64,000 nucleotides of DNA from Oscillospiraceae bacterium (lineage in GTDB: Bacteria > Bacillota > Clostridia > Oscillospirales > Oscillospiraceae), in contig CADCMP010000001.1 in assembly GCA_902802565.1 (NCBI GenBank), positions 711 to 64,710 on the forward strand. The letters are read 5' to 3'. The translations under genes were made by a program, and so were the position numbers. The notes beneath the pieces are model-generated. The model did no database searches and had not been told where the DNA came from. It saw only the letters and a list, made by a program, of their open reading frames with translations. Positions 34,819 through 44,428 of the stretch are shown here, in pieces (position 1 is the stretch's first letter; each line of letters opens with the position of its first letter).

Positions 34819-35784
34819 ATGATTGTAGATATCAGTACGGAAGACCGGAAATTCGGACAGGCAGTCCTTCATACGATGAATCCTGAAACCATTGATCGCG
34901 GATATGAGGAACTCCAGGAACTGGAGGACTATGGATATCCGGAGGCTGCTGTGGTGCTGGGACAGTATTTCCGCAACAGTGATGTGGGCAAGGCGCGGAA
35001 GCACTTTGAGTTCGCTGCGGAATACGAGATTGGAGAAGCATTTTGGGGTTTGGCACAGACCATTCCCCATTCCAGTGTTCTGAGTCTCGACAGCCAGAGA
35101 GATCTTAGGTGGTTCCGGTGTGTTCGGACGGCAGCGGAAAAGGCCTGCACCGAAGCACAGGTGGAGCTGGCGCGGTCTTACCGACAGCTTGGATACAATG
35201 CGCCGGCAGCATACTGGTATCAGATGGCTAAACTGTACGGACATGAAGATGCCGGTTTTCAGCTGGATATCCTGTCGGATCTGTGGCAGGGCAGCGGATG
35301 TCCGGCGGATCCCGCAAAACTGCCGGAAGCTTTTACCGAACTGCAGCGGGACTGCGGTATGCTGGTACTGCGACTGACAACCAGAGCACGGGATTATGAT
35401 ACCGTCTATCAGCTGACACAGAATGCACTGAAGGAAGATGCCATGGCGGAACTGTCGCTGGCGGCTATCTACGAAGGAAACGGCAACATGGAGAATGCGG
35501 GAAAAGTATACCGTATTGCGGCATCTCACGAGGAACCCTATGCCATGAAACGCTGCGGGGATCTGCATATGGCAGGAACAGGGCTTCCACCGGACGGCGA
35601 TCTGGCCGTCAAGATGTATGCCGATGCTGCAACCGCAGGAGAACGGACTGCCATGTATGAGCTGGGACGATGTGCCGATGCCTTTGAACAGGATCGGGAA
35701 AAAATGGCATTCTGGTTTGCCAAGGCCCATGTAAGGGGACATCGCATGGCGACGGAAGAGATGAGGAAACTTATTTATAACTGA
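34819..35784 (+). CDS. Sel1-like repeat (SLR/TPR-type) protein
   Basis: Repeated A-x-x-(Y/W)-(Y/F)-x-x-A-A-x-x-G units, e.g. AVKMYADAATAGERTAMYELGRC and AFWFAKAHVRGH. Confidence 0.7.
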   Translation: MIVDISTEDRKFGQAVLHTMNPETIDRGYEELQELEDYGYPEAAVVLGQYFRNSDVGKARKHFEFAAEYEIGEAFWGLAQTIPHSSVLSLDSQRDLRWFRCVRTAAEKACTEAQVELARSYRQLGYNAPAAYWYQMAKLYGHEDAGFQLDILSDLWQGSGCPADPAKLPEAFTELQRDCGMLVLRLTTRARDYDTVYQLTQNALKEDAMAELSLAAIYEGNGNMENAGKVYRIAASHEEPYAMKRCGDLHMAGTGLPPDGDLAVKMYADAATAGERTAMYELGRCADAFEQDREKMAFWFAKAHVRGHRMATEEMRKLIYN

Positions 35785-35798
35785 GTCGAAATATGTAC

Positions 35799-35842
35799 AA
35801 AAAAGACGTTCCTCCGGTTTTTGAACCGGAGGAACGCTTTTT
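35799..35842. terminator. Bidirectional terminator between convergent genes
   Basis: 13-bp stem CGTTCCTCCGGTT/AACCGGAGGAACG flanked by an A-run and a T-run. Confidence 0.85.
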
Positions 35843-36113
35843 ATCGATCCTGAAAGGAAATCGCATGAGGCCGGCAACGGTCGGCGCACAGGGTGCATCC
35901 ATCTTCGCATCGATCCTCGTGGATAACGACGGGATTGCTTCGGTGATAGCTTTTGTCAAACACTTCATTCCTGCACAGATAGACACAGGCTCTGCATACA
36001 TTGCAGATGTTGGCATCCACCACAGGCATTTTGCTGCCGTATGTTTTTTTCACGGCTTCCGGCTGGGCCGGAGCGGCCGGAGTTTCGGAAGGCCGTTTCT
36101 TGAAAAGAGACAT
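35841..36113 (-). CDS. Small 2x[4Fe-4S] ferredoxin-like protein
   Basis: CNVCRACVYLC (CxxCxxCxxxC) and CEDGCTLCADRC cysteine clusters. The true start may be the internal MPVVD. Confidence 0.65.
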   Translation of the reverse strand: MSLFKKRPSETPAAPAQPEAVKKTYGSKMPVVDANICNVCRACVYLCRNEVFDKSYHRSNPVVIHEDRCEDGCTLCADRCRPHAISFQDR

Positions 36114-36261
36114 GATCGTTCCTCGCTTTTCTGTCTTTCTGACTATGCATTATAGCGTTCAGAAGATGAAATCACAATGAGAAGATGGATGGGTATGGAA
36201 AAAACTTTATGGGATAATTATAATGAAATCAAAAGAATGGAGATCATAAGGAGGGTTCGTC

Positions 36262-37083
36262 ATGGCGACCATTGAGGAATATATGGAGAGTGCCGAATTC
36301 ATTAAGGAGAAGATCGGTTCCTTCCGGCCAGAAATCGCACTGGTGCTGGGAAGCGGACTGGGATACGTAGGCGATGAAGTGGAGGAACCGGTGATTGTTC
36401 CTTATCATGAGATCCCCCGTTTTCCCGTCTCCACAGCTCCGGGACACAAGGGACAGCTGGTGTTCGGCAGACTGGAAGGAAAAAATGTCGCGGCAATGCA
36501 GGGGCGGTTTCATTATTATGAGGGATACTCCCTGCAGGAAGTCTCCTGGGCCATTCGGGTGCTGCGGCTTCTGGGATGTGAGAAGGTGATCCTTACCAAT
36601 GCAGCCGGATGCATCAATCGAGACTGGCATGCCGGAGAACTGATGCTCATTACCGATCATATCAAGTTTTTCCTGGATTCTCCTCTTCGGGGAGAAAACA
36701 TCGAGGAATTTGGATGCAGGTTCCCGGATTCTTCCCATATCTACACACGAGAACTTCAGGAACTTGCCCGCAAGACGGCAGGGGAACTGGAGATAGATTT
36801 GCGTGAAGGAGTGTATTTCTATTTCCCGGGACCTCAGTATGAAACACCGGCAGAGATCCGGGCAGCGTCCGTTCTGGGCGGTGATGCTGCGGGCATGAGT
36901 ACTGTTCCGGAAGCCATCACGGCATCGCACTGCGGAATGCAGGTGCTGGGATTTACACTGCTGAGCAATATGGCAGCAGGAATACTGGATCAGCCGCTCA
37001 GCGAAAAGGAAGTGCTGGACGCGGCAAAGGCGGCCAGCGGTAAGTTTTCCTTACTTCTGCGAGCCTGTATCCGGAAGATGTAA
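36262..37083 (+). CDS. punA: Purine nucleoside phosphorylase (PNP/PunA, trimeric type)
   Basis: ALVLGSGLG, STAPGHKGQLVFG and MQGRFHYYEGY blocks. RBS AAGGAGGG. Confidence 0.9.
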   Translation: MATIEEYMESAEFIKEKIGSFRPEIALVLGSGLGYVGDEVEEPVIVPYHEIPRFPVSTAPGHKGQLVFGRLEGKNVAAMQGRFHYYEGYSLQEVSWAIRVLRLLGCEKVILTNAAGCINRDWHAGELMLITDHIKFFLDSPLRGENIEEFGCRFPDSSHIYTRELQELARKTAGELEIDLREGVYFYFPGPQYETPAEIRAASVLGGDAAGMSTVPEAITASHCGMQVLGFTLLSNMAAGILDQPLSEKEVLDAAKAASGKFSLLLRACIRKM

Positions 37084-37085
37084 CG

Positions 37086-37124
37086 AAAAAGCAGAAGCCT
37101 TCCGTTTTTCGGAAGGCTTTTTTT
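37086..37124. terminator. Bidirectional terminator
   Basis: GAAGCCTTCCG/CGGAAGGCTTT stem with a T5 loop, flanked by A and T runs. Confidence 0.8.
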
Positions 37125-38202
37125 ATGTCTGAAGATACTGAATGCAGGGACGGAAGGCGGTAGGGATGGAGTACCGGGTGCGGATCTCGGAAATATCCGC
37201 CGTTATCGTTTGGATGCCGGGAAACAGCGCGGCTGCGGCAACTTCGAACTCATTCTGACTGCTGCACAGAATTTCCAATACCTGCACTTCCCACTCTCGG
37301 TGAGAAAATATATGGCGGTAGGATTTTCGCATCAGGATTTGAAGGCCGGTGGCTGCGGAGGAAAGCGTTGCTTTCAGCTCCTTTTCGGTCGGATGGCCGT
37401 CCAGCATGGGAAAGCCGGGAAGTCCCGCAAGTAGTCCGTCCTCCGGCCGATGCTCCAACAGGACCAGATTATCGAAACGGAGAAGAATGGCGGTGTGCTG
37501 ACTGACCGTGCGGGCCTTTTTCGGCGGAACCACGGGATAACTCAGTTCTGTACCGGAGGAATGTGCTTGGCAAAGACAGTTCCACGGACATTGTTCACAC
37601 AGGGGTTCCCCGTTGGGAAGACAGATCGTAGCGCCCAGATCCATGACGGCCTGATTATAGTCTCCAGGTCGGTCAAGGGAGATGCGCTGGGAATAAAATA
37701 CCTCGGCATCTCTTAAGGCCTGGGGGGATTTGATGTTCTCCTCATATTCTGTGCGCCGGGCAAAGACGCGCAGAAGATTTCCGTCCACAGAGGGGATCAC
37801 TTCTCCGAAAGCAATGGAAGCAATGGCTTCCGATGTATACCGACCGATTCCCGCCAAATTCTGCAATTCCTTGGAAGTACCGGGAATTTGTCCACCGTAT
37901 TCATCCATGATCTGACGGGCTGCCTTGTGCATGTTACGGATCCGACTGTAGTAGCCCAGTCCTTCCCACAGTTTCAGGCAGACTTCTTCTTCCGCATCTG
38001 CCAGGGCTTTTACATCGGGCAGTGCTGCCAGAAAACGTTCGTAATAGGGGACTACGGCATCCACCCTTGTCTGCTGCAGCATGATCTCCGAGATCCACAC
38101 ATGATAGGGTGTGGGATCCTCCCGCCAGGGAAGGATGCGCCTCCTGGTGTCGTACCACTGGAGCAGAAGCTCCGTATCCAGTTGTAATGGGGCTTGATTC
38201 AT
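37123..38202 (-). CDS. mutY: A/G-specific adenine DNA glycosylase
   Basis: ILPWREDPTPYHVWISEIMLQQTRV HhH-GPD N-terminus, 4-Cys cluster CLPNGEPLCEQCPWNCLC, NUDIX-like C-terminal domain. Start at 38202; the track ORF extends 74 codons upstream. Confidence 0.85.
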   Translation of the reverse strand: MNQAPLQLDTELLLQWYDTRRRILPWREDPTPYHVWISEIMLQQTRVDAVVPYYERFLAALPDVKALADAEEEVCLKLWEGLGYYSRIRNMHKAARQIMDEYGGQIPGTSKELQNLAGIGRYTSEAIASIAFGEVIPSVDGNLLRVFARRTEYEENIKSPQALRDAEVFYSQRISLDRPGDYNQAVMDLGATICLPNGEPLCEQCPWNCLCQAHSSGTELSYPVVPPKKARTVSQHTAILLRFDNLVLLEHRPEDGLLAGLPGFPMLDGHPTEKELKATLSSAATGLQILMRKSYRHIFSHREWEVQVLEILCSSQNEFEVAAAALFPGIQTITADISEIRTRYSIPTAFRPCIQYLQT

Positions 38203-38363
38203 GAACCGTTCTCTTTTCCAATGGAATGGAGTCATTATACCGTATTGCAAGGGGGATGGGAAGAGCAGTCCGGGAATCGGACAAAGGTCTTTTTTCTTGC
38301 TCTGAAGCAAAAATGTTGCCATAATAAAAGAGAATATAACGCTTTTGAAAAGGAGGAGAGAAT

Positions 38364-39734
38364 ATGGGGGAAATCCACAATGAGAACAAGCTTGGTACCA
38401 TGCCGTGTGGACGACTGCTGGCATCCATGTCCATCCCCATGATGATCTCTTTTTTCATTCAGGCGATGTACAATATTATCGACTCCATGTTTGTGGCCAT
38501 GCTGTCGGAGAATGCGCTGACTGCGGTATCACTGGCATTCCCCATCCAGCAGATCGTCAATGCTATCGGGGTTGGGATTGCTGCGGGTATTACCGCTCTC
38601 GTTCCACGGTATCTGGGGCAGGGAGATGGTCGGACTGCCAACCAGATCGCCAATTCCGGGATCTTCCTGAATGGGACGGCGACACTGATCTTTCTGGTTC
38701 TTGGAATATTTCTTCCCTCCACCTTCTATCGGATGCAGACGGATGTCACGGAAATCGTACAGGGAGGCACGGTTTATCTGACCATCGTCATGTGCCTGTC
38801 TGCCGGAGTCCTATTCGGACAGTATTTTGAAAAGATGCTGGTGGCCTCCGGATATGCCCGTCATGCTATGTATTGTCAGGGAGCGGGAGCGGTGTTCAAT
38901 ATCGTTTTTGACCCTCTCCTGATCTTCGGGCTGGGACCGTTTCCCCGCATGGGTATTGCCGGCGCAGCAGTGGCCACCGTTGTTGGACAGCTTTTAGCCA
39001 CGGTGTTAGCGGCTTGGCTGAACAGGAAGATCAACCGATCCATTCATTTCGATATCCGCCAGATGCGTCCGGCGCCGGAGTGCAAGGAAATCCTGAAGAC
39101 CGGACTGCCCAGCATGATTACCATCGGACTGCACTCCGCTACCACCTTCGTGATCAATCAGATTTTGCTGGTTTACAGCACAACAGCCACGGCGGTGTAC
39201 GGGATCTGGATCAGGCTTCAAAATTTCGCCTATATGCCTGTTTTTGGCATGAACAACGGCATGATTCCCATCCTGTCCTATAATCTGGGAAATAAGCGGC
39301 CGGATCGAATCCACGAGACCACCCGGCTGGCATTCCTGTGGGTGCTGATCTTTACGGTGACGGAAATGATCCTTCTGGAACTGCTCCCGGGCGGCGTCCT
39401 GCATCTGTTCAGTGCATCGGAAGCGATGCTGGCTATCGGAATACCGGCGATTCGCATCGTCTGCATCTCCCTGCCGCTGGGCGCATTGAGCATCATAGCT
39501 TCCGCATCCATGCAGGCACTTCGACACCCCATGGATACGCTGCTGCTGAATGTCTTCCGGCAGTTTGTGGTGATCGTGGCTTCCTTTGCTTTGCTCTCGG
39601 CGGTATTCCACCGTCTCAATGTGCTTTGGGCGGCAGTTCCCATTACGGAAGTAATCAGTGTAATTATCGCATGGTTCCTGTACCGCAGGACCATGCAGGA
39701 CGTGGAACGATCAATCCTTCATTCGAACAAATAA
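38364..39734 (+). CDS. MATE family efflux transporter
   Basis: 456 aa, 12-TM pattern, MATE N-terminus (LASMSIPMMISFFIQAMYNIIDSMFV). RBS GGAGGAG. Confidence 0.85.
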   Translation: MGEIHNENKLGTMPCGRLLASMSIPMMISFFIQAMYNIIDSMFVAMLSENALTAVSLAFPIQQIVNAIGVGIAAGITALVPRYLGQGDGRTANQIANSGIFLNGTATLIFLVLGIFLPSTFYRMQTDVTEIVQGGTVYLTIVMCLSAGVLFGQYFEKMLVASGYARHAMYCQGAGAVFNIVFDPLLIFGLGPFPRMGIAGAAVATVVGQLLATVLAAWLNRKINRSIHFDIRQMRPAPECKEILKTGLPSMITIGLHSATTFVINQILLVYSTTATAVYGIWIRLQNFAYMPVFGMNNGMIPILSYNLGNKRPDRIHETTRLAFLWVLIFTVTEMILLELLPGGVLHLFSASEAMLAIGIPAIRIVCISLPLGALSIIASASMQALRHPMDTLLLNVFRQFVVIVASFALLSAVFHRLNVLWAAVPITEVISVIIAWFLYRRTMQDVERSILHSNK

Positions 39735-39785
39735 TGAAAAGCCTTCGGTTCACTGGAACCGAAGGCTTTAATCATTTTATTGAGA

Positions 39786-40721
39786 TCACATAAATATTGC
39801 CTGATATACCCAGATGATGATCGGGATGGTAAGGACACAGAAGAACAGGCTGAGGATGTTGTATATGCTGGCTTCCGTAGTTCTCTGATCATAGATTACC
39901 GCCATCTGTGCGACATTGGAAGCGGTGGGCGCTGCCAGGGACATGAATGAGATCAGGAGGATGCCGGTCAGCTCCGGGTGATGGTTCAGAAGACCGCTGC
40001 ACCAGAGGATCCCAAGGGCAATGAGCGGGAAGACGATGAGACGACCCAGCAGTATCCCGTATGCCCTTTTGCAGGTGAAAATATTCTTCACGGAAGTGCC
40101 GGCAAGGACAAGACCGACAGACATCATGGAACACGGTGCCACACAGGCTGACAGACCGTTGAGAGTCTTTTTCATGATTTCCGGGATCCGGACCTGAAGG
40201 GCCAGGAGTATCAGGCCAAGGAATACGGCGATGAGATTGATGTTTTTCAGAAGCTTTTCCCAGTTGACACCGGCCTGTTCCTGCAGGATGGAGTTTCCGT
40301 GGGTCCAGAACAGAAGATTGAAAGGCACCTGAATTGCGGCGGCATAGAAGGTCATTTCTTCTCCCAATGTCATGCTGACAAGAGGAATGACCAGATTACC
40401 TACGTTGGAATAGACCAGGGAAGTGGTGTCCACGGGATCCAGAGACAGAGGCTTTTTGATCAGCTGGGTGATCACGATCCATACGATGTAGATTACAAAA
40501 ACAAAAGCCATGGCATAGAGGAAGCCGTGAAGACGCTCCGGAGTCAGATCAATCTGAAACGCCATGAGGATCATACAGGGGCAGAAGATATAAATGGTAA
40601 GGCTGGACAGCAGCCTGCTGTCCTCCGTTTTTAAAACAGAGAGCTTTACCGCAAGATATCCCACCAGCACCCAGATAAGCATGACGGCAATATTGGACAT
40701 TAAAGCCAGGGATAAATCCAT
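39786..40721 (-). CDS. AEC (auxin efflux carrier) family permease
   Basis: 311 aa, about 10 TM helices in two halves separated by a loop, typical of the AEC/Mem_trans family. Confidence 0.75.
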   Translation of the reverse strand: MDLSLALMSNIAVMLIWVLVGYLAVKLSVLKTEDSRLLSSLTIYIFCPCMILMAFQIDLTPERLHGFLYAMAFVFVIYIVWIVITQLIKKPLSLDPVDTTSLVYSNVGNLVIPLVSMTLGEEMTFYAAAIQVPFNLLFWTHGNSILQEQAGVNWEKLLKNINLIAVFLGLILLALQVRIPEIMKKTLNGLSACVAPCSMMSVGLVLAGTSVKNIFTCKRAYGILLGRLIVFPLIALGILWCSGLLNHHPELTGILLISFMSLAAPTASNVAQMAVIYDQRTTEASIYNILSLFFCVLTIPIIIWVYQAIFM

Positions 40722-40931
40722 TATAAAATCCTCTCTTCACAAATTAGACCCAGTATACAACACTTTGCGGTTTCCGAAAAGGTACCGCATCCACGCAAGC
40801 ATCACAAAAGTGTTCCCCTTCCAACCGGAAATTTTGGGGATTATTTTTCCCGTTTTCCACTACTAAGAAGGGGGGAGAAATGATAAAATTAGAAAAACTG
40901 TTGATATAGATTACGAATGGAGGATATGCAA

Positions 40932-41912
40932 ATGGCTGACAACAAACGTCCAGAGAACATGGAACGGATCACGACCCCGGAACTGGCACAGCAGTTCATC
41001 GACGAACAGATCAAGGCCCTGAAGGAGCAGATCGGTGACGGAAAGGTGCTTCTGGCACTGTCCGGCGGCGTCGATTCTTCTGTCGTGGCTGCCATGCTGA
41101 TCAAGGCAGTGGGCAAGCAGCTCACCTGTGTGCACGTCAATCACGGACTGCTGCGCAAGGGCGAGCCGGAACAGGTCATTGAGGTGTTCCGCAACCAGAT
41201 GAATGCCAACCTCGTTTACGTGGATGCTACCGACCGGTTCCTGGACAAGCTGGCCGGAGTGACCGATCCCGAACAGAAGAGAAAAGTCATCGGCGGCGAA
41301 TTTATCCGCGTCTTCGAGGAAGAGGCAAGAAAGCTGGATGATATCCGATTCCTGGCACAGGGAACCATCTACCCGGACATTCTGGAGAGCGGCGTGGTCA
41401 AGGCACACCACAATGTGGGCGGACTGCCGGAAGACCTCACCTTTGAACTTGTCGAGCCCATCAAATTCCTCTTTAAAGATGAAGTCCGCGTTGTCGGCAA
41501 GGAACTTGGCCTGCCGGACGGCATGGTCTATCGTCAGCCTTTCCCTGGCCCCGGACTGGGCGTCCGCTGCCCCGGCGCCATTACCCGTGAACGTCTGGAA
41601 GCGGTGCGTGAATCCGATGCGATCCTCCGTGAAGAGTTTGCCAAGAACGGACTGGAAGGAAAGGTATGGCAGTACTTTACCGTCGTTCCCGATTTCAAAT
41701 CCACCGGTGTCCGCGATGACAAGCGCTCCTTTGAGTGGCCCGTCATCATCCGTGCCGTCAACACCAGAGACGCCATGACCGCAACGGTGGAGGATGTTCC
41801 CTTCGCACTCCTGCAGCATATCACTGCACGAATCACCAGCGAAGTGCCGGGAGTCAACCGTGTTCTCTACGATCTGACTCCGAAGCCCACGGGAACCATC
41901 GAATACGAATAA
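40932..41912 (+). CDS. guaA: GMP synthase ATP-pyrophosphatase plus dimerisation domains only (no glutamine amidotransferase domain)
   Basis: PP-loop [21 protein letters not shown] block, C-terminal [12 protein letters not shown] at 40932 lies 7 nt after GGAGGA. Only 195 nt of non-coding DNA separate it from a divergent gene, so no GATase domain is encoded here. Confidence 0.85.
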   Translation: MADNKRPENMERITTPELAQQFIDEQIKALKEQIGDGKVLLALSGGVDSSVVAAMLIKAVGKQLTCVHVNHGLLRKGEPEQVIEVFRNQMNANLVYVDATDRFLDKLAGVTDPEQKRKVIGGEFIRVFEEEARKLDDIRFLAQGTIYPDILESGVVKAHHNVGGLPEDLTFELVEPIKFLFKDEVRVVGKELGLPDGMVYRQPFPGPGLGVRCPGAITRERLEAVRESDAILREEFAKNGLEGKVWQYFTVVPDFKSTGVRDDKRSFEWPVIIRAVNTRDAMTATVEDVPFALLQHITARITSEVPGVNRVLYDLTPKPTGTIEYE

Positions 41913-41923
41913 TCCTAGCTCGG

Positions 41924-41973
41924 AAAAAGAAGACCGCGAACTGCTCGAATCGTCAGTTCGCGGTCTGTTTTTT
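41924..41973. terminator. Bidirectional terminator
   Basis: 13-bp stem AGACCGCGAACTG/CAGTTCGCGGTCT flanked by an A-run and a T-run. Confidence 0.85.
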
Positions 41974-41982
41974 GTTGGGCTG

Positions 41983-43296
41983 TTATTTCTTTCGTTTCAG
42001 AGACCAGATCCGATCCATCATTCCATAGTAGAGCAGTCGGACATCGGCTCCTTTTTCGTTGAAGATTCCTCCGATGACAGAGAGATGATCGAAGTCCAGC
42101 TGAGGCATGACGGTCCACTGCCCGGGAAGGATCACCATCCCGTCGGCATAGTCCGTGCTGGGGTCGAAGACCTTTTCACCCTTCTCATCCAGATGATAGG
42201 GAACACGACCGGAGTATACATTGACCATGCCGTCATTTGCCTGCCATTCCGGTCCCATGGTCTGCGGAATGACGGGGACCGTCACTGCATACTCCCCGAA
42301 TCCGTCGGTATAGGAAGAGGGAGTTGTTCCCGTGAACCGGCCCATGGCGGCGGCAAGATCCCGGAGATAGGTGATCATGTTCTCCGCGGGCACCTGATTA
42401 CCGGTGGCGGGGTCTTCCTCCGTCCGGCATCCGTAATAGGACAGATAAAAAACGTCCGGCTGTACTTCGATGGATGCATTCATGTCTGTGGCCCGTTCCA
42501 CGCGCATATCCGCCAGCGCATTGTCGTTGTGGCTGTAGAAACCGGAAGCGCTGATGGCCTGCGCCACTGCAGACTCACTGGTATGCCCGTCGGACTGGAT
42601 CCCGAAATGCTCCAGATGTGCCTGATAGTTCTTGTTCTCTGCCGCGGAAGAGGTGGCGGAAGACCCGGAAGAGGACATGTGAGTGGCCGTGCTTCCGTTG
42701 CTGGGAGTAGCAAGGATCGTGATGGAAAAGACCCAGTCGCCATGCCCGCCGGTGAACAGCGGGCTGACTTCCGTTCCGTCCGCATCACATGCGGCAACTT
42801 CCTCCGGAGCACCGTCCGCCAGAAGATCCTCCATCAGACGGCTGGTGGTCCCGCCGAAACTGTGGCCGATGAGATTGACCTTGTGGTCGGAGGACCACTT
42901 GTAGTCTCCCAGAAGAGGCTCGGAGGAGAAGTCCTCCCCGTAGCGTTCATGTCCGTATTTCTTTGCATGTGCCGCACCGTAATCCACTCGCGTCCCGGTG
43001 AGCTGGGCATACAGTTCGCAGGCACGGTCCCAGGCGCTGGACAGGGGACCGACGGAGGCCATGTGCACATCGTATCCTTTCTTGTTGAGGGCGTCTTCCA
43101 GGCTTCCGGTGGTCAGACCGAAATAGGCGATGTCCTCGTTGTGGATATCATAGTGTCCCCAGCCGGTGTAACCGTGCACGAACACCGTGGGGAAATCCGA
43201 TCCCCGGATGGTCTTCGGGCCGAAAAGCAGAAACCCTCCCACGGCCATCGCCAGTGCGATCACGGCGGCAATGATTCGTTTGATCCATGTAGTCAT
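41983..43296 (-). CDS. Secreted triacylglycerol lipase/esterase (alpha/beta hydrolase, family I.5/I.6-like)
   Basis: N-terminal anchor/signal WIKRIIAAVIALAMAVGGFLLF, oxyanion block VFVHGYTGWG, nucleophile elbow GHSFGG. Start codon choice (43296 versus 43335) is uncertain. Confidence 0.75.
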   Translation of the reverse strand: MTTWIKRIIAAVIALAMAVGGFLLFGPKTIRGSDFPTVFVHGYTGWGHYDIHNEDIAYFGLTTGSLEDALNKKGYDVHMASVGPLSSAWDRACELYAQLTGTRVDYGAAHAKKYGHERYGEDFSSEPLLGDYKWSSDHKVNLIGHSFGGTTSRLMEDLLADGAPEEVAACDADGTEVSPLFTGGHGDWVFSITILATPSNGSTATHMSSSGSSATSSAAENKNYQAHLEHFGIQSDGHTSESAVAQAISASGFYSHNDNALADMRVERATDMNASIEVQPDVFYLSYYGCRTEEDPATGNQVPAENMITYLRDLAAAMGRFTGTTPSSYTDGFGEYAVTVPVIPQTMGPEWQANDGMVNVYSGRVPYHLDEKGEKVFDPSTDYADGMVILPGQWTVMPQLDFDHLSVIGGIFNEKGADVRLLYYGMMDRIWSLKRKK

Positions 43297-43377
43297 TTGG
43301 ATACAATCTCTCTTTCTTTTTGTTTTCTCTTCCATTAGTCGGCTGCAGGATCTGTTTTCCGTGCAGCGAAAAAACAT

Positions 43378-43402
43378 GAAAAAAGGCGGTCATGAGACCG
43401 CC
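43378..43402 (-). terminator. Rho-independent terminator
   Basis: GGCGGTC/GACCGCC stem followed by T6 on the minus strand. Confidence 0.75.
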
Positions 43403-43420
43403 TGAAAGTGCTGCGCCGTC

Positions 43421-44143
43421 TCAGCGGATGAACAGCAGACTGCTTGCAATGATGAACTGGGCCGGGTAGTAGGTCAGATAGTTTGCGATGATGACGCCCT
43501 TACTCTCATTGCCGGCAAAGTAAGTCTGGCTGAGCACAAGGTCGGAGATCAGGAAGAAGATCCCGCCGATAAACATGAAGTTCAGGGTCATGAACTGGAA
43601 GTCATGCATCCATGCGAGGCTGCCCGCCAGAAGCGTCATGCTGAACAGGATCCCACCGTAACCCATGACGATGGGACGGTAGATGCCGTAGTCCAGCTTC
43701 ATGATCTTACCCATGAACCCATTGATGATGCCGATGACAAACCCGATGATGATGGGAATGATGATGTATCCGAGCCGGGACGGATCTCCGTAGTTGATGA
43801 TCATGCCGAGAATGAACAGCACATGACCGGCAAAGAAGGAATAGAACCCGGCAAAGGTATAGGTCCGGTCATGCTCCGGGTAGATGAATTTGAGATCCAG
43901 CCACACATCCCCCAGCAGTCCCATCAGCAGACCGCCGATGACAAAGAAGGCATAGGCTCTTGCCGGTGTGCCCCACGGGATCAGATACGCCAGAAAGACG
44001 GCGATGAAACAGAAACAGACGGAAGTGAATGTCTTGAGGAGAAGCTCCTTGACATCATATTTTCTCAGTTTGGCCGGAATATACATCAGCAGCAGGACCG
44101 CACCGAGAGCAAGAAGGATCCAGTAAATTATCATTGAAATCAT
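43421..44143 (-). CDS. YhhN-family (lysoplasmalogenase-like) membrane protein
   Basis: 240 aa, about 8 TM helices, with GLLGDVWL and FLISDLVL motifs resembling the conserved GD/SD pair of YhhN/TMEM86 proteins. Confidence 0.55.
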   Translation of the reverse strand: MISMIIYWILLALGAVLLLMYIPAKLRKYDVKELLLKTFTSVCFCFIAVFLAYLIPWGTPARAYAFFVIGGLLMGLLGDVWLDLKFIYPEHDRTYTFAGFYSFFAGHVLFILGMIINYGDPSRLGYIIIPIIIGFVIGIINGFMGKIMKLDYGIYRPIVMGYGGILFSMTLLAGSLAWMHDFQFMTLNFMFIGGIFFLISDLVLSQTYFAGNESKGVIIANYLTYYPAQFIIASSLLFIR

Positions 44144-44349
44144 CCTCTCCTTTTCTTCGTTGTGTCCATTCTACTATACGGCGGCAGGAATTTGAATCAC
44201 CTGACGCCGACTTTTTCAATTTTTTTCTTCAAAAAATACGCAATAACTGTTGTTATTTCAAATATTTTAAACTTTTTAGAGGGAAAAACAGGAAATAACA
44301 TCCTCCGGGCGGAAGGGAAGATCCTTCCGGAGAGAAAACGAACGGAGAA

Positions 44350-44378
44350 TTGTACTTTTCCTTTCGGAATGGTATAAT
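44350..44378 (+). promoter_or_regulatory. Sigma-A promoter with extended -10
   Basis: TTGTAC, 17 nt spacer ending in TGg, TATAAT. Confidence 0.55.
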
Positions 44379-44428
44379 TCTCTCATCAGAAAAAACGCGA
44401 CAAACAGATCGAGTGGAGGGAATGGAAT

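Noticed and set aside
40722-40916. Looked for a purine/guanine riboswitch upstream of the guaA-like gene.
   Set aside because: The conserved junction sequences of the purine riboswitch (UAUAAU...CGUGGAUAUGG...CUACCGGG...CCGUAAAU) are not present. Only a short 6-bp hairpin and a 9-codon uORF are seen.
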